Part shown: piece after piece, positions 41,890 to 52,059 of the stretch
How positions within the stretch are numbered: the first letter of the stretch is position 1
Layout: each line of letters starts with the position of its first letter
Assembly: GCA_963714995.1 (NCBI GenBank)
Contig: CAVQQP010000003.1
Span: 3,425 to 67,424 of the forward strand
Source: an uncultured Actinomycetes bacterium
GTDB lineage: Bacteria; Actinomycetota; Actinomycetes; S36-B12; CAIYMF01
Reading direction: 5' to 3'
Length of the DNA: 64,000 bases
Made by a program: the position numbers and the translations under genes
The notes under the pieces: generated by a model
Databases searched by the model: none
What the model saw: only the letters and a program-made list of their open reading frames with translations
What the model was told of the DNA's origin: nothing

Positions 41890-41990
41890 CGGGCCGGCCT
41901 GGGCGCACGCCTCGGCGAACGCTGCGGGGTCCACCCCGCCGGTCGGGTCGAACTCGGCGGCCATCATGCCCAGGGTGCCGGCCACCACGA

Positions 41991-43419
41991 CCTCGCCCGC
42001 GGGCACGCCGCTGGTGAGCTCGCGACGGATCCAGGCGATCCCCGCCTGCGGGGGCAGCATCTGGACGCCGGCGGCCTCCATGATCTTCGGGATCGACCCG
42101 CGGGTGGCCATCCCGATGCCGCCCCACGCGGTCCAGTCCAGCGCGATCGCGTGGGTGTCCGGACGGGTGCGCCGCATGCTGCTGGCGATCTTGCACAGCA
42201 GGTCGTTCGCGGCGGCGTAGTCGGTCTGGCCGGCGTTGCCGAACCGGCCGGCCACCGAGCTGAACCCGACGGTGGCGCCGATCGGCATGTCGCCGGCCGC
42301 GCTCATCAGGTTGAACCAGCCGTCGGCCTTGACGCCGAAGACGAGCTCGAACTCGGCGCGCTCCTTCTTCGCCAGGCCCTTGCTGATCTCCAGCCCGGCT
42401 GCGTGCAGCAGGACGTCGATGCGACCGTGCGCCGCGCGGATCTGCTCCACGATCGCCGCGACCGCCTCGCCGTCGCGCAGGTCGACGCAGTGGTAGTGCG
42501 CCGTCCCGCCCGCACTGGTGACGGCCTCGATCGCGGTCAGGGCGGAGGCCAGGCGCTCGAAGCGCGCCAGCTCCCGCTCGATGAGCACCGGGGTCGGCTT
42601 CTCGCCGCGGGCGGTGATCTGCTCGGCCAGGAACGGCTTCATGCTGTCCGGGTCGCTCAGGTAGCGCTGCAGCTCGGGGTCATCGGTGTCCGGGGCGGCC
42701 GCGAGGTCGAGCAGGTGGAACGTGCCCCCGGAGGCCTTCGCCAGGTCGGCGGTGATCGCCGACACGATGCTGCCGGCAGCCCCGGTGATCAGGAACACGG
42801 AGTCGCTGGTCAGCTCCATGGCGCCCGGGAGGGGCGCCTCGACGGCGGGGAACGGCTGGGTGCTCAGGCCCACGCCCCAGCGAAGGTCACCGAGGTGGCC
42901 GATCTCGACGCAGCCCGGGTCGGCCAGCGCCTCAGCGATCAGCGTGTCGGCCAGGGCCGCGGTCTTGCGGCTGGCGGGGAAGTCCACGGCCTTGACCAGG
43001 ACGTCGGCCCGCTCGCGCTTGTAGGACTTGGCGAACCCGACGACCGTTCCACCCAGCGGGGCCGTGGCGCCGGTCGCGCCGTAGCCGTGCTGCCCACCGA
43101 GGCGGGAGCCGGTGACGAGGAAGGGCTTGTCGTCGATCACCTGGTGGAACAGCGCGTGCAGCGCGACCACGCGCCGACGCAGGGCCTCGCGCCATGCGGC
43201 CAGGTCCATGGCGTCGGTCGAGCCCTCGTCGTCGAGGGCCGGCAGCCAGAACACGCCGGTCAGGGGTGACTCGGTGGTCCAGCCCGCCACGGCGGCGAGC
43301 AGGTCGTCGGTCGGCGTCTCGGCCTCCAGCGCCAGGACGTCGGCGCCCAGGCTGGTCAGCTTCTTGACCAGGGCCTTGCCCACGCCGCCCTCATCGAGGA
43401 CGACCAGGATCCGGGAGTC
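41991..43419 (-). other. ketoreductase domain (structural plus catalytic halves)
   Basis: '[15 protein letters not shown]', '[10 protein letters not shown]', '[22 protein letters not shown]'. Confidence 0.8.
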
Positions 43420-43617
43420 CGCACCGAGGGTGACCCCGGTGGCGGTGCAGGCGCCCAGGTCGGGGCGCAGGGCCGGGACCGGGACCCGCCGCGGCAGGGC
43501 GTCGACGGCCGCGAAGTCACCGACGAACGCCGGGGCGGTCGCGGCGGCGGTCGTCGCTGCCGGCGCAGCCTCGGCTGCCGGGGCGGCCTCGCCTGCCGCG
43601 GGTGCGGCGGTGGCGGG

Positions 43618-45222
43618 TTGGATGCCGGTCTTGTCGCGGACCCAGCCGATGACGTGGGTGAGGGTGGGGAAGTCGCGCAGTTGGAGGTTCTCGTCGCGTT
43701 CGACGTTGAACTTGTCGCGGACGGCGGCGAAGACCTCGGCCTGCTTGACGGTGTCGACGCCGAGGTCGGCCTCGAGGTCGAGGTCCAGGTCGAGCAGCTC
43801 GGCGGGGTAGCCGGTCATCTCGGCCACGATGGTCACGACGGCGTCGGTGACCTCGTCGGCTGCGGGGGCTGCAGGTGCAGCCGGGGCGGCGGTGGGTTGG
43901 TAGTCGATTCCGACGGTGGAGTGGTCGGTTTCGACTACCACCGCGGGGTGCGGCGGCGGTGGGTTGGATGCCGGTCTTGTCGCGGACCCAGCCGATGACG
44001 TGGGTGAGGGTGGGGAAGTCGCGCAGTTGGAGGTTCTCGTCGCGTTCGACGTTGAACTTGTCGCGGACGGCGGCGAAGACCTCGGCCTGCTTGACGGTGT
44101 CGACGCCGAGGTCGGCCTCGAGGTCGAGGTCCAGGTCGAGCAGCTCGGCGGGGTAGCCGGTCATCTCGGCCACGATGGTCACGACGGCGTCGGTGACCTC
44201 GTCGGCTGCGGGGGCGGCAGGTGCGCCGGGGCGGCGGTGCGGTTGGTGTCGATTCCGACGGTGGCAGTGGTCGGTTTCGACTAGCCGCCGCGGCGGGTGC
44301 GGCGGCGGCGGTGGGCTGGATGCCGGTCTTGTCGCGGACCCAGCCGATGACGTGGGTGAGGGTGGGGAAGTCGCGCAGTTGGAGGTTCTCGTCGCGTTCG
44401 ACGTTGAACTTGTCGCGGACGGCGGCGAAGACCTCGGCCTGCTTGACGGTGTCGACGCCGAGGTCGGCCTCGAGGTCGAGGTCCAGGTCGAGCAGCTCGG
44501 CGGGGTAGCCGGTCATCTCGGCCACGATGGTCACGACGGCGTCGGTGACCTCGTCGGCTGCGGGGGCAGCGGCGGCTGCGTGCTGTGGCGACGGGTGCCG
44601 GCAGCCGGGGCGCCGGGGCAGCGACAGCGGACGCCGCGGGTGCGGCGGCGGTCGGCTGGATGCCGGTCTTGTCGCGGACCCAGCCGATGACGTGGGTCAG
44701 GGTCGGGAAGTCGCGCAGCGCCACGTTGTCGTCGCGCTCGATGGCGAAGCGATCCCGGACGGCGGCGAAGACCTCGGCCTGCTTGACGGTGTCGACGCCG
44801 AGGTCGGCCTCGAGGTCCAGGTCGACGTCGAGGAGCTCGGCCGGGTACCCGGTCATCTCCGAGACGATCGCGATGACGGCGTCGGTGACCTCGTCGGCAG
44901 CCGGTGCAGCGGCGACGACCGGTGCCGCAACGGGTGCCGCGGCAGGGGTAGCCGGCACAGCGGCAGGGGCAGCCGTGACGGGTTGGATGCCGGTCTTGTC
45001 GCGGACCCAGCCGATGACGTGGGTCAGGGTCGGGAAGTCGCGCAGCGCCACGTTGTCGTCGCGCTCGATGTCGAACTTGTCGCGGACGGCGGCGAAGACC
45101 TCGGCCTGCTTGACGGTGTCCACGCCGAGGTCGGCCTCGAGGTCCAGGTCGACGTCGAGGAGCTCGGCCGGGTAGCCGGTCATCTCCGAGACGATCGCGA
45201 CGACGTCGGCGACCAGCGGGTC
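43618..45222 (-). repeat. five tandem carrier (ACP-like) domains; copies at 43620-43869, 43966-44215 and 44318-44567 are nucleotide-identical over 250 nt
   Basis: Each unit reads '[65 protein letters not shown]'. Period is 330-354 nt. Ala/Pro linkers. Identity of the three copies was checked by eye, base by base. Confidence 0.9.
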
Positions 45223-45575
45223 CACGACCGGGGCGCTGGGGGCTGCGGCGGGCGCGGCTGCCGGGGCCGCCACCGGGGCGGGGGCGGCGGCGGGTGCCGG
45301 AGCGGGTGCCGCGACCGGGGCAGTTGGCGGGACAGCAGCGAACGCCGCGGCAGGGGCAGCCGGAGCCACGGGGACGGCGGGCGCAGCCGGGGCGGCCGGA
45401 GCGGCGGACGGGGCGCCGGTGTCGACGATGCGCAGTCGGTGATGGTCCACCTCGAGGGTGGCGCCGGCCCGGCCGGCAGCGGCGGCCAGCCAGCGCTCCC
45501 ACGCGGCCGGGTCCACGATCCGGTAGGCATGGCCCAACTCGCTGGGGGCACGACGACGACCGTCGGGCATGGGGG

Positions 45576-47086
45576 TCCAGCGCAGCAGCGTCATGGCGAT
45601 CTGGGAGCCGAAGCCGGCGGCCAGGCGCAGCGCGTAGTTCACCGGGTAGGCGCCGCCGAGGGACAGGTTCAGGGTGCCGAGCTCCGGGTCGGGCTCCTTG
45701 TAGTTGGGCACCGGCGGGACGATGCCGGTCTCCAGGGCCTTGATCGCCACGACGTCCTCGATGCCGGCGCCCATGGCGTGGCCCGTGAAGCCCTTGGTGT
45801 TGGTGATCACGATGGAGCTCGCGGCGGCACCGAACACGCGGCGCAGCGCGTTGACCTCCGCGGCGGCCGAGCCGCCCCGGGCCGGGGTGTAGGTCTCGTG
45901 GGACACGAACACCGTCTGCGGGGCGATCTGCGTGCGGTTGATCCCGCGGGCCTCGGCGGTGCGCACGAGGCTCTCCATGACCTGGCCGACGTGGTCGACG
46001 TCCAGGCGGGTTCCGTGGAAGGCGCTGTTGGCGGTGACCGATGGCGAGCACCTCGCAGATCGGCTGCAGGCCACGCTCGCGCACGGCCTCGGCGGACTCG
46101 ACGACGAACGCCGCAGCGCCCATGCCGACGACCATCCCGTGGCGACGGCGGTCGAACGGAGTCGCCACCTCGCTGACGACGTCACCGGTGGCGGCGGCCC
46201 CGGAGGCCAGGAAGCCCGACCCGACCCAGGGCAGCAGCACGTCGCTGGTCACGTCGTCGGCGGACACCACGACCACGCGGCGGCAGCGTCCGGTGCGGAT
46301 CCAGTCCTCGGCCAGCGACACGGCCTGGGTGGTGCTGGCGCACGCGGCGTTGATCTGGGTGTTCGGCCCGCGGGCGCCGATCATCTCGGCGAACTGGGAG
46401 TGGCCCATGGCCAGGCAGCGGAAGATGAAGCGGCGGTCGTACTCGAAGCGCTCGACCTCCAGCAGGTGGCGCAGCTCGGCCAGGCGACGGTCGACCTCGG
46501 CGGCAGCCGGCTCGGTGCCGGTCATCCGGGCGCGGACGGCCTCGAGGGCCAGGACCTGCTCGCGCCGGCCCCGGTCGGTCATGTACTTCTCGATGTCGGC
46601 CGCGAACTCCCCGTATCCCGGGAACGCCGAGGCGAAGATGACGCCGGTGTCATCGCGCATCGACTCCGGCAGGCCCCACTTCTCGGGCAGCATCGTGCCC
46701 AGGGTCGTGGACCGGTAGTGCATGACCAGGGGGATGCCCGCGTCGCGCAGGGCGTCGAGCCCCGCTCCGAGCGCCAGGCGGGTGGTGCGGTCCAGGGCAG
46801 CGTCGCGGGCCGCGTCGACGCCGAACTCCGCCACGACGTCCAGGGGTGCGCCGCGGCCAGCCAGCTTGATGACGCCGGCCTCGTCGTCGATCAGCTCGAA
46901 CACCGGGTCCTGCCCGGCCTTCTTCACCAGGCGGGTGATCCGCTTGTCGACGATCGCCTCGCGGAAGCGGTGCGGGATCACGTCGATGAACTGCTGGCCG
47001 TCGAGGATGCGCGCGAGGTTCTCGTCGTCGAACACCCGGTCGACTCCGGGCAGGCCCAGCGCGGCGCCGGTGATCGCCACCGGAGC
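45576..47086 (-). other. KS2 domain, second complete ketosynthase with a long N-terminal insertion
   Basis: 'VAITGAALGLPG', about 240 aa later 'NTQINAACASTTQAV', 'SAFHGTRLD', 'NTKGFTGHAMGAGIED', 'AAGFGSQIAM'. A frame break near 46041 falls inside it. Confidence 0.75.
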
Positions 47087-47475
47087 CGTCGAGACCTGCG
47101 TCGGCCCACCGGTGGACGCCGGCGCGCCGACGACGCCGGGCTCGCCGGAGTACACCCGAAGCCCCTGCTCCAGCACGCCGGCGAACAGCCGGCCCAGTTC
47201 CTCGTAGCGGGCGGTCGACATGGGGATCCTCGGGGTCGGGGCGGACGTGGTGACGGAAGCCGCGGGGGCGGCCGGTGCGGCCACCGGTGCGGCTGCGGCG
47301 GGAGCCGCTGGGGGAGTCGGCGCCGTGGCGGGTGCGGCGGCCGGGGACGCGACCGGCGCAAGGCCCAGCCCGGAGGCGTACAGCCCGCAGAGCGCCTGGT
47401 TGAACGACGCGATGTCGCCGAACTTCGGGTGATTGGTGAACAGTGCCAGGACGTCGTCGTGCTGGGAGCCGAGCA

Positions 47476-48364
47476 CCTCCTCGACGAAGCCGTGCAGGGC
47501 CTTCTTCGGCCCGACCTCGACGAACACGCGGGCGCCGGCCTCGTAGAGGGTGTGCAGGCCCTTGACGAACTGCACCGGCTCGGCGATCTGCCGGCCGAGG
47601 ATCTCGAGCATGTCCTCGGTGCTGGCCCGCTCCGGGTAGAACTCCCCGGTCACGTTGGCCACGATCGGCAGCTGAGGTCCGCGGACCTCGAGCCGGCGCA
47701 TGGCGACCTTCAGGGGCTCGCTGGCGCCCGCCACGATCTGCGTGTGGAAGGCGTGCGACACCGGGATCCGCATGGCGGTCATGCCCGCGGCCTGGAATGC
47801 GGCCACGGCGGACTCCACCGCGGTCGTGGCCCCACCGATGACGGCCTGGGTGTTGGAGTTGATGTTGGCGACGACGACGTAGCCCTCGACCTCGGCCACG
47901 ATCCGCTCGATGTCGGCCAGCGGGCCGAACACGGCAGCCATCGCGCCGTTGTCGGCCTGCGAGACGTGGGTCATCTCGCGGCCGCGTGCGCTGACGGCCT
48001 CGAGCGCCGCGTCGAAGGAGAGCGCGCCGGCGGCCACCAGTGCCCCGTACTCGCCGAGGCTGTGCCCCATCACCAGGTCCGGGGTGATCCCGTAGGCGGC
48101 CAGCAGCTGGGCCATGGCAGCGTCGGTGGTCAGCACCGCGGGCTGGGTGATCTCGGTCTGCAGCAGCTGGGCGTTGAGCCGCGAGACGGCCTCGGGGTCC
48201 GCGGCGTCGGCGAACACGTACTCCGACAGCGGCTTGCCCAGCAGCGGGGTCATGATCCGGTCGGCCTCGTCGTAGATGTCGCGGACGATCGGCTCGTGCG
48301 CGCGCAGCTCGGCGAGCATGTTGACGTACTGCGACCCCTGGCCGGTGAACAGGAACGCGACCTT
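47476..48364 (-). other. acyltransferase domain, malonyl-type
   Basis: 'FLFTGQGSQY', 'GHSLGEYGALVAAG', 'IPVSHAFHT' (HAFH). Confidence 0.85.
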
Positions 48365-48795
48365 CGGGGCCGGTCCGCGGCCGACGAACACGCCCTGGGA
48401 GCGCAGCAGCTTCCACATGGCCGGGTTGTTGGCGCCGAACGCGCCGATGGCCTTGTCGGCCTTCTTGGCCAGGTCGGCGGCGTCGGCGTAGTCGATCGCC
48501 ACGCGGATCGCGGCGTCGGCCAGGGCCGGGTCAGGTGCCCCCGGGGCGGGGGTCCGCCCGGCGGCGGCCTCGGCGGCCAGCGCCGTCAGCTGGGCGACCA
48601 CGTCGGCCTCGTCGCGGCCACCGACCACGGCGGCCCCGCGCAGGGGTGCCTTGCGTGCGGCGGGGGCCGCCACCACCGGAGCCGCGGCTGGCGCGGCGGG
48701 CGCGGTGGCGGCGGTGGGCGCGGTGGTCGACCCGGGGATGTCGGCGCCGGCGAACACGCGCGCGGCGTCGGGTGCGCGGTGCCGACCGGGCACGT

Positions 48796-50195
48796 ACTCC
48801 TCGAGGGCCACGTGGAAGTTCGTGCCGCCGAAGCCGAAGGCGCTGACGCCCGCGCGACGGGGATCGGACCCGGAGTGGGTCCACTCGCGCAGCTCGGTGT
48901 TGACGCGGAACGGAGTCGCGGCCCAGTCGACGTTCGGGTTGGGGTCGTTGAAGTGCAGGCTGGGGGGGAGCACCTTGTCGTTCAGGCTCATGATCGTCTT
49001 GAACAGGCCCGCCGCGCCGGCGGCCGCCTTGAGGTGACCGATGTTCGACTTGACCGACCCGAGGGCGATCGACCCGGGTGCCGCCCCGTGGGCCGCGAAG
49101 ATCTCGTCGAGGGCGCCGAGCTCGGTGGCATCGCCGACCCGGGTCGAGGTGCCGTGCGCCTCGAGCATCCCGATCGAGACCGGATCGGCTCCCGCGTTCT
49201 CCCACGCCCGGGCGACAGCGAGCTTCTGCCCGATCGGGTTGGGGGCGGTGATGCCCTTGCCCTTGCCGTCCGAGGAGCCGCCGATGCCGAGGATGACCGC
49301 GTACACGTGGTCCCCGGCCCGCTCGGCGTCCGACAGTCGCTTGAGGACGAACAGGGCCGCACCCTCGCCCATCACGAAGCCGTCGGCGCCGGCGTCGAAC
49401 GGACGGGTTCCGGTGGCCGACAGGGCGCCGATCTTGCAGAAGCGCACGAACGCCCCGGGACCCATGTTGTGGTCGATGCCGCCGGCGATGGCGGCGTCGT
49501 AGTGGTGGGCCTGCAGGCCGGCGATCGCCGCGCTCATGCCGGCCAGCGCCGACGCGCATGCGGCATCCGTGGTGAAGTTGGGCCCACGCAGGTTGAAGAG
49601 CGCGGCGACCCGGCCGGCCATGATGTTGGCCAGCTCGCCGGGCATCGTGTCCTCGGTGATGGTGGGCAGGCCGGAGACGAACCGCTCGCGGGCCTCGCTG
49701 CGGATCGCCGCCTGCACCTCCGCCGGCAGGGCCGCGAACGACGGGGACAGGGTCAGCTCGCGGTCGAACTCGGGGTAGGCGATGCGCAGCGTGGTGCGCA
49801 CGTACTTGTCCCCGCCGAGCGCGCTGCCGAGGATCACGCCGACACGGTCGGAGTCCACGTCCCAGCTGGGCCACCCGGCGTCGAGCAGGGCCGAGCGCGC
49901 AGCGCTGACCGACCACATCTGGCCCTCGTCGAAGTGCGCGCGCCACGCTCGGCGGCACGGGCAGCTTCCACGCCATCGGCTCCCACGGGAACTCCCGGAC
50001 CCAGCCGCCGATCTTCGAGTACGTCTTGTCCTCGGGGCTGTACGGGTCGGCGTCGTAGAACAGCTCCGGGTCCCACCGCTCGACGGGCACCTCGCTGATG
50101 GAGTAGCGGCCCCCACGGATGTTGGACCAGAAGTCCTGGGCGGTGGGGGCGTCGGGCATGATCGCGCTGACGCCGACGACGGCGATCGGCTCGGG
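48796..50195 (-). other. KS1 domain (PfaA-type ketosynthase)
   Basis: 'IAVVGVSAIMPDA', 'DTMPGELANIMAGRVAALFNLRGPNFTTDAACASAL', 'EAHGTSTRVGD', 'GSVKSNIGHL', 'FGFGGTNFHVALEE'. Confidence 0.85.
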
Positions 50196-50247
50196 CTGTG
50201 TCATGTCATGTCTCCTGGGGGAAGCGCGCGGGGACTGTCAGGAAGGG

Positions 50248-51912
50248 TCAGGCGTACAGCACGTCGGCCAGTGCTGTCATGTCGGAGATGAGACCTGCCT
50301 GTGCGGCGCGGATGGCGTCCAGCCGCAGGGTGCTCGGCAGGGTGGCGGTCAGGCCGAGGCTGGGGTCGGCGGAGCCGATGACCCAGCGCATGCCCTCCTC
50401 GCCGGCCTTCATCGCGGCCTCGCGGGCGAAGACCCGGGCGATGATGGCCAGGGCGTCGGCGTCGAAGCGCCGGTTGGCCTTCTCCGCCAGCGTCCCGTCG
50501 GCGGCAGCCGCGGCACGCCGGCACAGCGCACCGGCACACTCCACGTTGGCCACCAGCTCGCCGAGGCGGAACAGCACGTGCTGGTTGCGCGTGAGCCGAC
50601 CGGCCTGGCATGCCGAGAAGACCCCGGCCAGGGCCTCGAACGCCAGCGCGGAGACGTCAGCCCCGACCTTCGGGCTGCGGGCGTGCAGGGCGCTCATCTC
50701 CTGGGCGGCAGCCAGGTAGTAGCCGCCGCGGGACTTCAGGTGCTCCTGCCAGCGGTCGCGGGCGATGGTCATCTCGAGGATCTCGGAGGTGCCCTCGTAG
50801 ATCGTCGTGATCCGCACGTCGCGCTTGATCTTCTCGACCGTGTACTCGCGGGTGAACCCGTAGCCGCCGAGGGCCTGGATGGCATCCTCGGCCGCCCGGT
50901 TGCCGGACTCGGTGGCCAGGTACTTGGCGATGGCGCCCTCGGTGTTCAGCGCGCCGTCGGGGCCCTCACCGGCGTCGATGCGCGTGGAGGTCTCCTCGAT
51001 GAAGGCGCGCGCGGCCTCGAGGCGGGCGACGTGCGGGACGATCAGCTTGTGGGTGTAGCCCTGCTTCTCGGCCAGCGGTGACCCGCCGGAGATGCGCGTC
51101 TTGGAGTACTCGATCGCGCGGTCGACGGCCTCCCAGCCGCCGCCGAGGCCGAACGCGGCCACCATCACGCGGGTGTAGCCGAAGACCTGCTGGGCCTGCA
51201 CGAGGCCCTTGCCCTCGACGCCGCCGATCATGTTCTCGATCGGCACCTCGACGTTGTCCAGGTACAGCGCCGCGGTGTTCGACAGCCGGATGCCGTGCTT
51301 GTCCTCGGGCTTGGCGCTGGTGAAGCCCTCGGTGCCCTTCTCCAGGACGAACCAGGTCGGCCCGCCGGGGGCCAGGGCCAGGATCGTGGTGGCGTCGGCG
51401 ATCGTGCCGTTGGAGATCCACTGCTTGGCGCCGGTGATCCGGTAGCCGGTGACCTCGCCGTCGACCTCGATCGGGACCGCCTTGGTCTTCATCGCGCCCA
51501 GGTCGGAGCCGGCCTCGGGCTCGGTGGCGCCGTACGCGAACACCATGCCGTCCTCGGCGATCGCCCCCAGCCACTTCTCCTTCTGCTCCTCGGTCGCGCC
51601 GACCAGGATCGGGTCGCTGCCCAGGAAGGTCGCGAAGATCGCGGTGGCCAGGCCGATGTCCTTGCGGGCCATGACCTCGCAGAGCAGGTAGGAGTCGAAC
51701 GCCCCGCCGCCCATGCCGCCGTAGGCCTCAGGGACGAAGACCAGCTGGATGCCCAGGTCGGTCGACATCGCGCGCACCGTGTCCTCGGGGCAGATGTCCT
51801 CGTGGTCGAGCTCCAGCTGGCGCTCGGGCGGCAGCGCATCGGAGAGGTACTCCTTCAGGCCGTCCAACATCAGGCCGAGCGTCTCGGCGTCCAGCCCCTG
51901 ATCAGTGTTCAT
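50248..51912 (-). CDS. acyl-CoA dehydrogenase family protein with about 170-aa C-terminal extension
   Basis: 'FAYGATEPEAGSD', 'ITGAKQWISNG', 'GYGFTREYTVEKIKRDVRITTIYEGTSEI'. AGGAGG precedes the ATG. Intact. It ends 43 nt upstream of the PKS start. Confidence 0.9.
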   Translation of the reverse strand: MNTDQGLDAETLGLMLDGLKEYLSDALPPERQLELDHEDICPEDTVRAMSTDLGIQLVFVPEAYGGMGGGAFDSYLLCEVMARKDIGLATAIFATFLGSDPILVGATEEQKEKWLGAIAEDGMVFAYGATEPEAGSDLGAMKTKAVPIEVDGEVTGYRITGAKQWISNGTIADATTILALAPGGPTWFVLEKGTEGFTSAKPEDKHGIRLSNTAALYLDNVEVPIENMIGGVEGKGLVQAQQVFGYTRVMVAAFGLGGGWEAVDRAIEYSKTRISGGSPLAEKQGYTHKLIVPHVARLEAARAFIEETSTRIDAGEGPDGALNTEGAIAKYLATESGNRAAEDAIQALGGYGFTREYTVEKIKRDVRITTIYEGTSEILEMTIARDRWQEHLKSRGGYYLAAAQEMSALHARSPKVGADVSALAFEALAGVFSACQAGRLTRNQHVLFRLGELVANVECAGALCRRAAAAADGTLAEKANRRFDADALAIIARVFAREAAMKAGEEGMRWVIGSADPSLGLTATLPSTLRLDAIRAAQAGLISDMTALADVLYA

Positions 51913-52059
51913 CGTTTCCTCCTACGCGGACTTCCCGCTCAGGCTAGGGGCGCGATGGGTCGCGATGGGCGGTCGAAGTGACCCCGTTGGCGGGACCTAG
52001 GACTGTTACCGGTGGGTATCGGTCTCGGGGCGCTCAGCCCCGATGCCCGGGCCCCGGGA

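Larger units (their letters stand above)
41003..50204 (-). pseudogene. PfaA-like type I megasynthase KS-AT-KS-(carrier)5-KR-DH, read through at least 7 frame breaks
   Basis: Eight ORF-track pieces must be joined, using the frames of 48531..50204, 44531..50116, 44281..46185, 43935..44534, 43517..44182, 41317..43941, 41040..41654 and 41003..41215. Approximate breaks at 49945, 46041, 44600, 44270, 43945, 41460 and 41240. Domain motifs are given in the sub-features. Confidence 0.85.

Noticed and set aside
43618-45222. Regular ~340-nt repeats considered as a CRISPR-like array
   Set aside because: The repeats are 250 nt long, protein-coding carrier domains inside a PKS. There are no short repeat/spacer structures and no cas genes.
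45932-50098. 1388-aa plus-strand ORF
   Set aside because: It is antisense to the PKS KS-AT-KS region, with a G/R/D/H-rich low-complexity translation and no domain motifs.
41003-50204. Programmed ribosomal frameshifting as an explanation for the multi-frame PKS
   Set aside because: There are too many sites (at least 7), in both +1 and -1 directions, without recurrent slippery heptamers or downstream structures. The same phenomenon affects unrelated genes.
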